Shown here in pieces: positions 16,901 through 26,793 of a DNA stretch of 41,204 nt; position 1 is the first letter of the stretch, and the number at the start of each line of letters is the position of its first letter. This DNA comes from Candidatus Staskawiczbacteria bacterium RIFCSPHIGHO2_01_FULL_39_25 (GTDB taxonomy: Bacteria > Patescibacteriota > Minisyncoccia > Minisyncoccales > Staskawiczbacteraceae): the NCBI GenBank assembly GCA_001820095.1, contig MHOO01000009.1:1-41204 (forward strand), given 5' to 3'. The translations under genes were made by a program, and so were the position numbers. Under the pieces are notes generated by a model that was given only the letters and a program-made list of their open reading frames with translations, did not search any database and had not been told where the DNA came from.

Positions 16901-17899
16901 ATGATATTAGGCAAAGCGTCACCAGAAGATATGAATCTTCACCCTATGCGCTACCAGTGGGCGTATGACCTGTACAACCAGGCTGTACGAAATACATGGT
17001 TTCCCCACGAAATCGCATTAAAAGAAGATTTGGAAGACTGGAGTAAAATGACCGAAGACGAGCGCCACGCGGTAAAGTTTACCATGGCTTTTTTTAACCC
17101 TGCCGAATTAATTGTAAACCGATCTATTGCGCTAGGAGTATATCCTTATTTAAAATCGCCCGAGTGCCATTTATATTTGGCAAAACAAATGTGGGAGGAA
17201 GCTAACCATTGCGTAGGTTTTGAATACGTATTGGAAACCTTTCCCTTTGACCGCGAAAAGATATTCAATGTGCATTTAGAAACCCCCTCCATGATTGAAA
17301 AGGAAAAGTTTGTGATGAAATACCTAAAAAGAATGACTGAAGACAAGTTGGATATTGAAACCGCCGAAGGCAAAAAGGATTTTATCAGGAATTTGGTTGC
17401 CACTAATATTGTTATGGAAGGCATTTGGTTTTATTCAGGGTTTATGGTAGCCCTGTCATTCCGACAGAGAAACCAGTTGAGGAATTTTGGATCCATGATT
17501 GACTGGGTGTTGCGTGACGAAAGCTTGCATTTGAAATTCGGGATTAACTTAATCCAGACGGTGCTTGAGGAAAATATTGAATTACTAACAGAAGATTTTG
17601 CCAACGAAATACGCCAACTGGTTATTGACGGAGTGAACATAGAAACCGCGTATAACAAAGACTTGTTCCCTAATGGAATCCTTGGATTGAATGCTGACTA
17701 TGTAAACCAGTACGTGCAATATGTGGCAGACCGCAGGTTGCAGGAGTTGGGATTGCCAAAGCAATACAACGTAACCAATCCGGCAAAATGGATGAGCACC
17801 GCCACCGACGTGCTTGAGCTGGTAAACTTCTTTGAGCAACAAAACACCAAATATGAAGTGGATTCGGGGCATACTAAGAAGCCCACATCTAACAATTGA
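16901..17899 (+). CDS. nrdB: Ribonucleotide reductase beta subunit, class Ic-like (R2c)
   Basis: FFNPAE, EEANHCVGF, MEGIWFYSGF, RDESLH, NFFEQ. Confidence 0.93.
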   Translation: MILGKASPEDMNLHPMRYQWAYDLYNQAVRNTWFPHEIALKEDLEDWSKMTEDERHAVKFTMAFFNPAELIVNRSIALGVYPYLKSPECHLYLAKQMWEEANHCVGFEYVLETFPFDREKIFNVHLETPSMIEKEKFVMKYLKRMTEDKLDIETAEGKKDFIRNLVATNIVMEGIWFYSGFMVALSFRQRNQLRNFGSMIDWVLRDESLHLKFGINLIQTVLEENIELLTEDFANEIRQLVIDGVNIETAYNKDLFPNGILGLNADYVNQYVQYVADRRLQELGLPKQYNVTNPAKWMSTATDVLELVNFFEQQNTKYEVDSGHTKKPTSNN

Positions 17900-17913
17900 T
17901 ATTTAACATTTGA

Positions 17914-17947
17914 CAGCGAAAAAGCGCTTGCGGGCGCTTTTTCGCTG
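17914..17947 (+). terminator. Intrinsic terminator
   Basis: CAGCGAAAAAGCGC..GCGCTTTTTCGCTG. Confidence 0.75.
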
Positions 17948-17987
17948 AAAAGTTTGACACAAATGCTTATGCAGTTATAATAGAGTT

Positions 17988-18239
17988 ATGTTAGAAGATA
18001 ACGATATTGAAAAATTATTATCTGCAATGGAAGTTAAATTTCCTACCAAGGTTGATTTTGAAAACTTTAAAGACGAATACCATAAAGATTTTAGCAACCT
18101 TCAAACCTCAGTTGACACATATGCTAAAAAAGCAGACACCTACTTTCAAGAAATGGTGATGTTAAGCCATAAAGTTGACCGTCATGAAAAATGGTTACAA
18201 AAACTCGCTGATAAGCTGGGAGTTAAATTAGACTATTAA
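17988..18239 (+). CDS. Small coiled-coil hypothetical protein, probably leaderless
   Basis: TTGACA (17954) and TATAAT (17976) just upstream of the ATG; heptad pattern. Confidence 0.75.
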   Translation: MLEDNDIEKLLSAMEVKFPTKVDFENFKDEYHKDFSNLQTSVDTYAKKADTYFQEMVMLSHKVDRHEKWLQKLADKLGVKLDY

Positions 18240-18327
18240 ATCTGAACTAAAGGCGCAACCATAAAGCCATGTCCAAAGGGACGGCTTTTTTATTGTTTAA
18301 ATAATAACTGTTTGTTAAGATATATTT

Positions 18328-20478
18328 ATGTTAACCATAGAAACCAAAGTTGAAGAAATCCCGAGAATTGGAACAGCATACCAGAAAAAATTAAAAAAAC
18401 TTGGTATCAAAACCGTCCAAGACCTGCTTTGTTATTTCCCCGCCAGATACAATGATTTTTCAAATATCGTTGAAATTAATAAACTCAAGAATGGTTATTC
18501 CGCCTGCGTACAGGGAAAAATTATTGAAATAGGCACTACTAGAACTTTTAAAAAATGGGTGGACATTACCGAAGCTACCATAGAAGATGACACCGGATCC
18601 ATAAAAGCTTTGTGGTTTAACCAGCCATATATAGACAAATCATTGAAAGAAGATGACTTTGTATGCCTGGCCGGAAAAGTAAGCCTTGGCAAAGGCGGGC
18701 TTTACTTAAATAACCCCGCCTACGAAAAAATCAATGAAGTTACTGATAACCACAGCCTGACTCATACTGGCAGAATCGTTCCGGTATATTCTGAAACTCG
18801 TGGAGTCACTTCGCGCTGGCTAAGATACATTATAAAGCCCCTGCTTGCTAACTTTTACAACAAAGTGCCTGAAATACTGCCGGAAGAAATTCTTAAAAAA
18901 CATAAATTCCTGCCAATTCAAAAAGCACTATGGCAGGCGCACTTCCCTGATTCATTTGAATACGCCGATGCGGCAAAGGCTCGCTTTGCGTTTGAAAATT
19001 TATTTTTGCTCCAACTTTCTATCTTAAAAGAACGGGCAAAACTCATGCAAAAAACTGCACCTGCTTGTCCCATGGATGCAAAACTTATGCGGGAATTTAC
19101 AAAATCCCTGCCTTTCCAATTAACGGATTCACAAAAACAATGCAGCTACCAGATTTTAAAAGACTTGGAAAAACCGGCGCCTATGTCAAGGTTGCTGGAG
19201 GGTGATGTCGGATCTGGAAAAACTGTCGTGGCAACCATGGCAGCATTAAGCGCTGTAAAAAACGGTCATCAAGTCGCCTTTATGGCGCCTACGGAAATTT
19301 TAGCAAGCCAGCACTTTAAGGGTATTTCAAAAATGCTGGAAAAGTTTGACGTGGCCATTGGGTATTTAAGCGGCAAAGAAAGTTTCAGATACAAAGCCGG
19401 AAAAATTGAGGAAGTAAAAAAGAAAGATCTGCTGCTAGATTTAGAATTTGGGCAGATACCTATGGTAATCGGCACCCATTCATTAATTCAAAAAACGGTC
19501 AAATTTTCAAAGCTGGCGCTGGTTATTGTTGACGAACAGCATCGTTTTGGAGTTGCCCAGCGCGCCGAACTTACAAAAAACAGCAGGCTAGTTCCCCACT
19601 TATTGTCAATGACAGCCACGCCAATCCCAAGGACACTAGCGTTAACCGTGTATGGTGATTTGGATTTATCGTTGATAAAAGAAATGCCCAAAGACAGAAA
19701 AAAAACAAAAACGGTTATTGTAGACCCTTCTGAAAGAAAAACTGCCTATGACTTTATCCGCAAAGAAGTAAAAGAAGGAAAAGGAGTGTTTGTCATATGC
19801 CCAAAGATAGAATCTGGAAGCTTGAAGCTAGAAGCTGGAATGACGACGGGCTCTTTTGTTCCACAAAATTATAGTTTAATTAGCGGTAATGAGACTAAAT
19901 CGGTAACGCAAGAATATGAAAAACTTTCAAAAGAAATTTTCCCTGATTTAAGGATCACGATGATGCATGGCAAAATGAAGCCTAAGGAAAAAGAACGGAT
20001 CATGCTGGATTTTAAAAAAGGCGAAATTGATGTGTTAGTTTCCACGTCAGTGGTGGAAGTAGGCGTTGATGTGCCACGAGCAACCGTCATGATGATTGAA
20101 GGAGCCGAACGGTTTGGCTTGGCCCAATTGCATCAATTCCGCGGAAGAGTCGGCAGAAGTGATATGCAATCATATTGTTTTTTATTCACTACTGACCCAA
20201 GCCAGCTTAACCGAAAAAGGTTGAAAGCCCTGGTTGATTCCCATAACGGTTTTGAATTGGCCCAAAAAGATTTAGAAATCCGGGGCCCGGGCCAGCTCTA
20301 CGGAAGCCAGCAATGGGGCATTCCTGATGTTGCCATGGAGGGCATCTTAAATATATTTTTGGTTGAAAAAACACGAGCCGCCGCAAAAGAAATGTTAGAA
20401 AAAGACCCGGAGTTAAAGAATCATCTTCTGTTAAAAGAGCGAGTAAAACATTTTGAAAAAAAAATCCACTTTGAGTAG
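18328..20478 (+). CDS. recG: ATP-dependent DNA helicase RecG
   Basis: GDVGSGKT, MAPTEILA.QH, DEQHRFGV, MTATPIPRTL, QLHQFRGRVGR. Confidence 0.97.
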   Translation: MLTIETKVEEIPRIGTAYQKKLKKLGIKTVQDLLCYFPARYNDFSNIVEINKLKNGYSACVQGKIIEIGTTRTFKKWVDITEATIEDDTGSIKALWFNQPYIDKSLKEDDFVCLAGKVSLGKGGLYLNNPAYEKINEVTDNHSLTHTGRIVPVYSETRGVTSRWLRYIIKPLLANFYNKVPEILPEEILKKHKFLPIQKALWQAHFPDSFEYADAAKARFAFENLFLLQLSILKERAKLMQKTAPACPMDAKLMREFTKSLPFQLTDSQKQCSYQILKDLEKPAPMSRLLEGDVGSGKTVVATMAALSAVKNGHQVAFMAPTEILASQHFKGISKMLEKFDVAIGYLSGKESFRYKAGKIEEVKKKDLLLDLEFGQIPMVIGTHSLIQKTVKFSKLALVIVDEQHRFGVAQRAELTKNSRLVPHLLSMTATPIPRTLALTVYGDLDLSLIKEMPKDRKKTKTVIVDPSERKTAYDFIRKEVKEGKGVFVICPKIESGSLKLEAGMTTGSFVPQNYSLISGNETKSVTQEYEKLSKEIFPDLRITMMHGKMKPKEKERIMLDFKKGEIDVLVSTSVVEVGVDVPRATVMMIEGAERFGLAQLHQFRGRVGRSDMQSYCFLFTTDPSQLNRKRLKALVDSHNGFELAQKDLEIRGPGQLYGSQQWGIPDVAMEGILNIFLVEKTRAAAKEMLEKDPELKNHLLLKERVKHFEKKIHFE

Positions 20479-20514
20479 AAAAAAGACCCGTGGATATCCA
20501 GCGGGCCGTATACG

Positions 20515-20739
20515 TCAAATGAGGAGAGACACTTTGCCTTCTTTATCAATAAGAAGATTGACTTCCTGCCTTGCTTCATTCGCCAATCTCACGATAGCAG
20601 AAGCGCCTTTCTCAATTTTTAGCAATTTAGCCAACGCTTCAGAACAATTTCTGGAGCCTTTTATTTTGATTGGATTTTCTAATGGCTGTTCAGAACCCGA
20701 AGCAACAGAAATTTCTACCAACACGTTTTCATCTGCCAT
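20515..20739 (-). CDS. Small hypothetical protein
   Basis: 74-aa ORF with GGAGG upstream; follows GT2 gene. Confidence 0.55.
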   Translation of the reverse strand: MADENVLVEISVASGSEQPLENPIKIKGSRNCSEALAKLLKIEKGASAIVRLANEARQEVNLLIDKEGKVSLLI

Positions 20740-20781
20740 GATAGTGCCTCCCTGTAGGATGTAAAAGAACTTACCGAGAAA

Positions 20782-22317
20782 TTATTTACGTAATTTCTCG
20801 GTAACCCAAAAACCCATGTATTTGCCTAGCATCAGGCGGATTTGGGCATCCAGCGCCGGCAGCGAACCAAAGATAATTAAAATGGCGGGCAAAAATATCC
20901 ATTGCAAAAAAATGGTTATTTTTTTTATACGACTTACTCCTTTTGGAACCGCAGGCAAAAGCATCATACTTAAAAAAGCAGAAACCAAAATGCCGACTAA
21001 GGCGATAGTCATAATCCTACTGGTTAACACGGGTAAATTAAACGATAAAACCGTAAAATTGAATTTATTGCCTCCTAAGAATAGGGGCAGCCAGCCTAAG
21101 ATAAACAGCAGAAGAGCTGCCGTTGCCCATGACCAATAGCCGTCAATTAAGATATATAAATGCGATATTTTGCGCCACGGGGAGATTTTTTTATTATGCA
21201 AAAAACCAAAAATAATGTAGGGAATTTCAACGCATCCCCACGCCCAGCGTTTTTGCTGTTTATATTGGTTAACCATAGTTTTCCAGATATTAGCCGAATC
21301 CACCACATCCATAGAAACCAAATAATAAATAGGCACGACCCGGTAGTCCCCGTTATAATAAAGGTATGCCCGCCAGAAAATCCTGCTGTCATCGCACACT
21401 ACGTTTGACGGGTAGCCAACCTCAAAAAACACTTTGCCGGGAATAGAATGAGAAGAGTAAGTGGTAAGCTTTTCTGATCTCTCCTGCTGGATCATCTGCC
21501 AAAAGGTGTTTGAAGTAGAAACAACCCTGGCAAAAAAAGGAGCTCTCCAAATATTATTATTATAGACCGGAACAGGCTGATAGCTTGCCCGTTGAGGATT
21601 ATCTTCGGTTAAATAATACCACGTTAAACAAGAAAAATATTGCGGGTAGATTTTGGTATCAATATCAAACGTGGAAACTAAAATATTTTCATGCTTAAGG
21701 CGCAATGGAACTACAATTTCATCATGCGTTTTTTTTCCCGCATAGGCCACGTTAGATCCCTTCCCTGCAATTTCCCCCTCAATAATATCAGGATGGATAA
21801 CCGTTAAAAATTTAAAAAACTTATCAGCATACTCTTTTTCTATGTTCTTTGCTATATTTTTAAATTCATCCCCAGCTCTTTCTTCCAAAGCTAAGACTAC
21901 AATGAGTTTCTCTTTAGGATAATCCGCATTCACTAACGAGTTAAGGCTTTCCCGTATGATATGTCCTCCCTCTTTATAGGTAGGCAGAATAACAATATGG
22001 TAAATGGCTTTCCAATCTTTGCCTTTTATTTTTTTCAAGCTTTTTAACCAATCAGTAGCAAGGTGGGATTTTACTTTATAATATCCTATAATCTGGTGAA
22101 GAGAAAAATAAAAAATCCTGAATAAATAATAAAAGCAAAAACAGATGATAAAGATTCCCACCCATGAAGGCAGAATCCATGAAAAAACAAAGACTCCTGC
22201 AAGAGTCCCCAAACTTATAATACCCGGCAATGTTTCAAACAAGCGATACAGCCTTCTTTGTTTTCTATTTTTTATATCGCTCGCCTTTGAAATTTCTAAA
22301 TACTCCTTTTTCTCCAT
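20782..22317 (-). CDS. Membrane glycosyltransferase family 2
   Basis: LPTYKE, GKGSN, FDID, QQKRWAWG (QxxRW); flanking TM helices. Confidence 0.88.
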   Translation of the reverse strand: MEKKEYLEISKASDIKNRKQRRLYRLFETLPGIISLGTLAGVFVFSWILPSWVGIFIICFCFYYLFRIFYFSLHQIIGYYKVKSHLATDWLKSLKKIKGKDWKAIYHIVILPTYKEGGHIIRESLNSLVNADYPKEKLIVVLALEERAGDEFKNIAKNIEKEYADKFFKFLTVIHPDIIEGEIAGKGSNVAYAGKKTHDEIVVPLRLKHENILVSTFDIDTKIYPQYFSCLTWYYLTEDNPQRASYQPVPVYNNNIWRAPFFARVVSTSNTFWQMIQQERSEKLTTYSSHSIPGKVFFEVGYPSNVVCDDSRIFWRAYLYYNGDYRVVPIYYLVSMDVVDSANIWKTMVNQYKQQKRWAWGCVEIPYIIFGFLHNKKISPWRKISHLYILIDGYWSWATAALLLFILGWLPLFLGGNKFNFTVLSFNLPVLTSRIMTIALVGILVSAFLSMMLLPAVPKGVSRIKKITIFLQWIFLPAILIIFGSLPALDAQIRLMLGKYMGFWVTEKLRK

Positions 22318-22318
22318 G

Positions 22319-22390
22319 TGCCGCTACGGGGAATCGAACCCCGATTACCAGATTGAAAGCCTAGTGTCCTAGCCGTTAGACGATAGCGGC
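22319..22390 (-). tRNA. tRNA-Glu(TTC)
   Basis: GCCGCTA/TAGCGGC acceptor, CTAGG-CTTTCAA-TCTGG, GGTTCGATTCC. Confidence 0.93.
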
Positions 22391-22453
22391 AAAATGTACC
22401 TGAATTTTAGCCCAGAAATTGAAAAAAGGCAAGTTTTCCTGTATAAAAGGCTT

Positions 22454-23674
22454 ATGCGCATCTTAGCTATAGAAACATCTTGTGATGATACAGGAATTGC
22501 TATTTTGGAAGCAAAGGGCGACAAAACGCCCGTTTTTAAGGTGCTTTCCAATGTGGTTTCTTCCCAGCAAATCCATCAAAACTATGGAGGAGTTTTCCCT
22601 ATGATGGCAAAACGGGAACACCAATGCAATTTAATTCCAGTTTTAGAGCAGGCTCTAAAACAAGCTAAATTGCTTAAAATTAAAAGTCTTACAAAACCTA
22701 CGGCCGTGGACTTTGCAAGACCGCTAATAACTGTTCAAAAAGTTTTAGAAAAAGAAAATACCCTTTTTGAAGATATAAAAAAATTCTTGGAAAAGTATGA
22801 AAAGCCAAATATTGATGCCATTGCAGTAACCCATGGCCCGGGACTTGAGCCATGTTTATGGGTTGGAGTGAATTTTGCAAAAGCGCTTTCCTATTTCTGG
22901 GATATTCCAGTTATCCCTGTAAATCACATTGAAGGACATATACTCGTTAACTTTTTGCCAAAAGTTAACGAAAATCCGAAATCCGAAATCCGAAATCCGA
23001 AACAAATTCCAAATTCAAAATTCCAAATTCCAAACTCACGACCATTTCCCGCAATAAGTTTAGTGGTCAGCGGAGGACATACCCAGCTTATTTTAATGAA
23101 AGGCATTGGAAAATATAAAATTATCGGTGAAACACGCGATGATGCTGCCGGCGAATGTTTTGACAAGTGCGCCAAAATTTTAGGCTTAGGGTATCCCGGT
23201 GGTCCTATTATTTCAAAAATCGCCTTAGAAAAATTGAGGAGTCGCACATCCCAATTTTTGCCGAGGCCGATGATAAACTCAAAAGATTATGACTTCAGCT
23301 TTTCGGGTTTAAAGACTGCTGTACTCTATAAGGTAAGGGATTCAAAATTAACTCCTGAATTTATTCAACAAATGTGTGTTGAAGTCCAGCAAGCAATCAT
23401 TGATGTCCTCATTAAAAAAACTATCAATGCAGTCAAGAACTATAAAGCGAAAACTATTATTCTTGGCGGAGGTGTTTCAGCAAACGATGAATTGCGCAAG
23501 CGATTCACTCTGGAGCTGGAAGCTAGGAGCTTGAAGCTTGAATTACTAGTGCCGCCGAAAGAATTGAGCACCGATAACGGTTTAATGATCGCCGTTGCCG
23601 CGTACTTTAACCGTACCAAGAAAAAGCGCTGGCAGTCATTGAAAGCCAACGCGAATTTGAGAATTAGCAAATAA
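22454..23674 (+). CDS. tsaD: tRNA N6-adenosine threonylcarbamoyltransferase TsaD
   Basis: MRILAIETSCDD start, NHIEGH, VSGGHT, ETRDDAAGE.FDK, FSFSGLKT, TDNGLMIA. Confidence 0.95.
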   Translation: MRILAIETSCDDTGIAILEAKGDKTPVFKVLSNVVSSQQIHQNYGGVFPMMAKREHQCNLIPVLEQALKQAKLLKIKSLTKPTAVDFARPLITVQKVLEKENTLFEDIKKFLEKYEKPNIDAIAVTHGPGLEPCLWVGVNFAKALSYFWDIPVIPVNHIEGHILVNFLPKVNENPKSEIRNPKQIPNSKFQIPNSRPFPAISLVVSGGHTQLILMKGIGKYKIIGETRDDAAGECFDKCAKILGLGYPGGPIISKIALEKLRSRTSQFLPRPMINSKDYDFSFSGLKTAVLYKVRDSKLTPEFIQQMCVEVQQAIIDVLIKKTINAVKNYKAKTIILGGGVSANDELRKRFTLELEARSLKLELLVPPKELSTDNGLMIAVAAYFNRTKKKRWQSLKANANLRISK

Positions 23675-23719
23675 TTTGATAAAATTAAAGAACGAGATTA
23701 GTAATCTGCCATAACAAAA

Positions 23720-25948
23720 ATGAAAATTGAGGGGCAATACGACGCTAAAAAGATAGAAGATAAGATATACAAGCTGTGGGAAGACAGCGGTTTTTTTAAT
23801 CCGGATAATTTGCCACCTGCCTCCGCTAAAGCTAGGGCGAGGCGAAGGAAGCCCTTTACCATTATCATGCCCCCCACAAATGCCAATGGGAACCTGCATG
23901 CAGGACACGCATTGGTAATGACTATTGAAGATATTATGATCCGCTACAAAAGAATGCGGGGATTTAAGGCATTATGGCTGCCAGGGCTTGATCATGCCGG
24001 CTTTGAAACACAAGTAGTGTATGAAAAAAAATTAGAAAAAGAAGGAAGAAGCCGTTTTAAAATGGCTCCCGAAGAATTATATAAAGAAATTTTACAATTT
24101 ACCCTAGAAAACAAAAAAAATATTGAAAGCCAAATAAAAAGCTTAGGGGCCTCCTGCGATTGGTCACGCGAGAAATTTACCCTAGACGCTGAAATTATAA
24201 AAATTGTCTACGAAACATTTGAGAAGCTCTATAATGATGGACTAGTGTACCGAGGCAAAAAAATAATTAATTGGTGCGCAAAGCACCAAACTTCCCTTTC
24301 AGACCTTGAAACAGAAAATACGGAAAAAATAGATAAGTTATATTATTTAAAATACGGCCCATTTACTATTGCTACCGCAAGGCCTGAAACAAAATTTGGA
24401 GATAAATATGTGGTAGTGCATCCAAAGGACTCAAGGTACAAAGCGTATGCACAAGGGCAGAAAATAGCCCTAGAATGGATAAACGGCCCCGTAGAGGCTA
24501 CAGTCATTAAAGATGAATCCATAGATATGGATTTTGGCACGGGAACCATGACTATAACCCCGTGGCATGATGCCATTGATTTTGGCATCGCTGAACGGCA
24601 TGGCTTAGACAAACAGCCGATTATTGATTTTCAAGGAAAACTGCTGCCAATTGCAGGAGAATTTGTAGGCATGAAAATTGACGAAGCTAGGCCAAAAATT
24701 ATAGAAAAATTGCAGTCCAAGGGACTCGTAGAAAAAATTGAAGAAAACTATAAGCATGTCGTAAAAACCTGCTATAAATGCAACACCCTCATTGAGCCCC
24801 AGGTAAAAGAGCAGTGGTTTTTAAAGATGAAGCCCCTAGCTGCGCCCGCCATCAGAGCTATTCAAAAAAATCAGGTTATTTTTATCCCTAACCATTACAA
24901 AAAAATCATTCTGCATTGGCTGGAAAGTATCTTAGATTGGCCATTATCACGCCAAGTTGTCTGGGGAATAAAGATTCCGGCATGGCACCACGAACCCATA
25001 TGCATACCTAAAAAAGGGCACGAAAAAAATATCGTGCATTGCAAACAGATAATCATTTCACCAATAAAGCCTAAGTGCGAATTCTGCGATGCAAAATTTG
25101 TACAAGATCCCGATGTCTTTGATACTTGGTTTTCATCGGGCCAGTGGCCTTTCGCTGCGCTTGCAGCAAACCATAACGCAAAAGATTTTAAAACTTTCTA
25201 TCCTACCGATGTGATGGAAACCGCAGGAGAAATTATATTTTTCTGGGTAGCAAGGATGATTATGCTGGGGTTATATGCTACCAAAAAAATTCCGTTTAAA
25301 TATGTATATTTACACGGACTTGTTTTGGACGCAAAAGGACAAAAAATGTCCAAAAGCAAAGGAAATGTAATTAATCCTTTAGAAATTACGGAAAAATATG
25401 GAACTGATGCCTTAAGGATAGGATTAATTATGGGAAATACTCCCGGCCAGTCTTTGGCGCTAGATGAGAATAAAATCAAAGGCTATAGGAACTTTTCAAA
25501 TAAAATTTGGAATGCCAGCCGGTTTGTTCTTATAAATCTGCAAGATTATAACCCTACAAAAAAGGCATCTTTAAATGCTTTGCAAAAAAAACATATAAAA
25601 GAGCTTAAAAAGCTGGCTAAAGAAACCACCATATTAATGGACGATTTTAAATTTTATATTGCGGGAGAGAAAATATACCATTACTTCTGGCATACTTTTT
25701 GTGATAAGATCATAGAAGAAAGCAAATCTGCCCTGGCCAAAAAAGGCAAGGAAAAACAAGCTGCTCAATATATATTGCTGCAGATACTTTCTGATTGTTT
25801 AAAAATGCTGCATCCTTTTATGCCGTTTATTACGGAAGAAATTTACCAGCAGCTGTCCCGATTGCCTAGCAATCGAGGATCCTCGACAAAGTCGGGACCT
25901 ATAAAAGATAAAAAACAATTGTTGATGATTTCAGAATGGCCAAAATAG
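23720..25948 (+). CDS. valS: Valine--tRNA ligase (short form without C-terminal coiled coil)
   Basis: PPTNANG.LHAGH, DHAG, DVFDTWFSS, FFWVARMI, KMSKSKGN, LHPFMPFITEE. Confidence 0.94.
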   Translation: MKIEGQYDAKKIEDKIYKLWEDSGFFNPDNLPPASAKARARRRKPFTIIMPPTNANGNLHAGHALVMTIEDIMIRYKRMRGFKALWLPGLDHAGFETQVVYEKKLEKEGRSRFKMAPEELYKEILQFTLENKKNIESQIKSLGASCDWSREKFTLDAEIIKIVYETFEKLYNDGLVYRGKKIINWCAKHQTSLSDLETENTEKIDKLYYLKYGPFTIATARPETKFGDKYVVVHPKDSRYKAYAQGQKIALEWINGPVEATVIKDESIDMDFGTGTMTITPWHDAIDFGIAERHGLDKQPIIDFQGKLLPIAGEFVGMKIDEARPKIIEKLQSKGLVEKIEENYKHVVKTCYKCNTLIEPQVKEQWFLKMKPLAAPAIRAIQKNQVIFIPNHYKKIILHWLESILDWPLSRQVVWGIKIPAWHHEPICIPKKGHEKNIVHCKQIIISPIKPKCEFCDAKFVQDPDVFDTWFSSGQWPFAALAANHNAKDFKTFYPTDVMETAGEIIFFWVARMIMLGLYATKKIPFKYVYLHGLVLDAKGQKMSKSKGNVINPLEITEKYGTDALRIGLIMGNTPGQSLALDENKIKGYRNFSNKIWNASRFVLINLQDYNPTKKASLNALQKKHIKELKKLAKETTILMDDFKFYIAGEKIYHYFWHTFCDKIIEESKSALAKKGKEKQAAQYILLQILSDCLKMLHPFMPFITEEIYQQLSRLPSNRGSSTKSGPIKDKKQLLMISEWPK

Positions 25949-26020
25949 AATATAGAATCTAGTATCTGGAATCTAGAATAATGTAACGGATTCAAGCTTC
26001 AAGATACAAAATTCAAGATT
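25946..26020. repeat. Heptamer-armed intergenic element, copy A
   Basis: TAGAATA/TAGAATC arm plus GATTCAAGCTTCAAGATACAAAATTCAA shared with 35711-35738. Confidence 0.75.
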
Positions 26021-26027
26021 CGCGTTT

Positions 26028-26777
26028 ATGGAATACTATCGCCTCATTTTATATTTTATTTTTGGAGTTCTGCCCAGCATAACCTGGCTTTTGTATTACC
26101 TTAGCAAAGACTTGCACCCTGAACCCAAAAAAATGATCCTGAAAATTTTTATCTATGGGAGCCTCGTTACTATTCCGGTATTTTTTATACAAATAAGCCT
26201 TGCCGAACTGCTAAAGCAATTCCAATTTTCCCCATTTTTTATCCATTTTCCTATCTTCATTGATCTGATAAAATGGTTTATCATCATCGCCTTAACCGAA
26301 GAGCTGTTTAAATATTTTGTAGTGAAAGTAGCTGTATTTGGCAGTTCTGCATTAGACGAACCATTAGATATTATGCTCTATATGGTAGTGGCAGCATTAG
26401 GGTTTGCAGCCCTAGAAAATATCTTGTACTTATTTTCACCCTTAGACGGCGTGCCGTTTAACACGGTAATCAAAACTACCATCATCATAAGTTTTATCCG
26501 TTTTATAGGAGCGACATTCCTGCATACACTATGCTCGGCTATTCTAGGATATTTTGTGGTCTTATCGTTTTGTAAGGCTAAAAAGAGGCTGCCCCTAACC
26601 CTTGCTGGGATTCTTGCGGCAACCTTCTTGCATGGACTTTATAATTTTTCTATAATAGCATTAAAGAGTCCGGCGAACTTTATTATACCTATCGGGATAG
26701 TATTATCGTTAGCAGTATTGGTAATTTATGCGTTTGATGAAGTTAAAAAACTAAACAGTACTTGTAAATTAAATTAA
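26028..26777 (+). CDS. prsW: PrsW family intramembrane protease
   Basis: D.HPEP, EELFK, ALGFAALEN, H motifs; multiple TM helices. Confidence 0.88.
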   Translation: MEYYRLILYFIFGVLPSITWLLYYLSKDLHPEPKKMILKIFIYGSLVTIPVFFIQISLAELLKQFQFSPFFIHFPIFIDLIKWFIIIALTEELFKYFVVKVAVFGSSALDEPLDIMLYMVVAALGFAALENILYLFSPLDGVPFNTVIKTTIIISFIRFIGATFLHTLCSAILGYFVVLSFCKAKKRLPLTLAGILAATFLHGLYNFSIIALKSPANFIIPIGIVLSLAVLVIYAFDEVKKLNSTCKLN

Positions 26778-26793
26778 ATTTTAAATTATTCTC

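Noticed and set aside
22394-22453. Upstream tsaD start in the ORF track
   Set aside because: The family N-terminus is M.ILAIETSCD at 22454; the extension covers promoter sequence.
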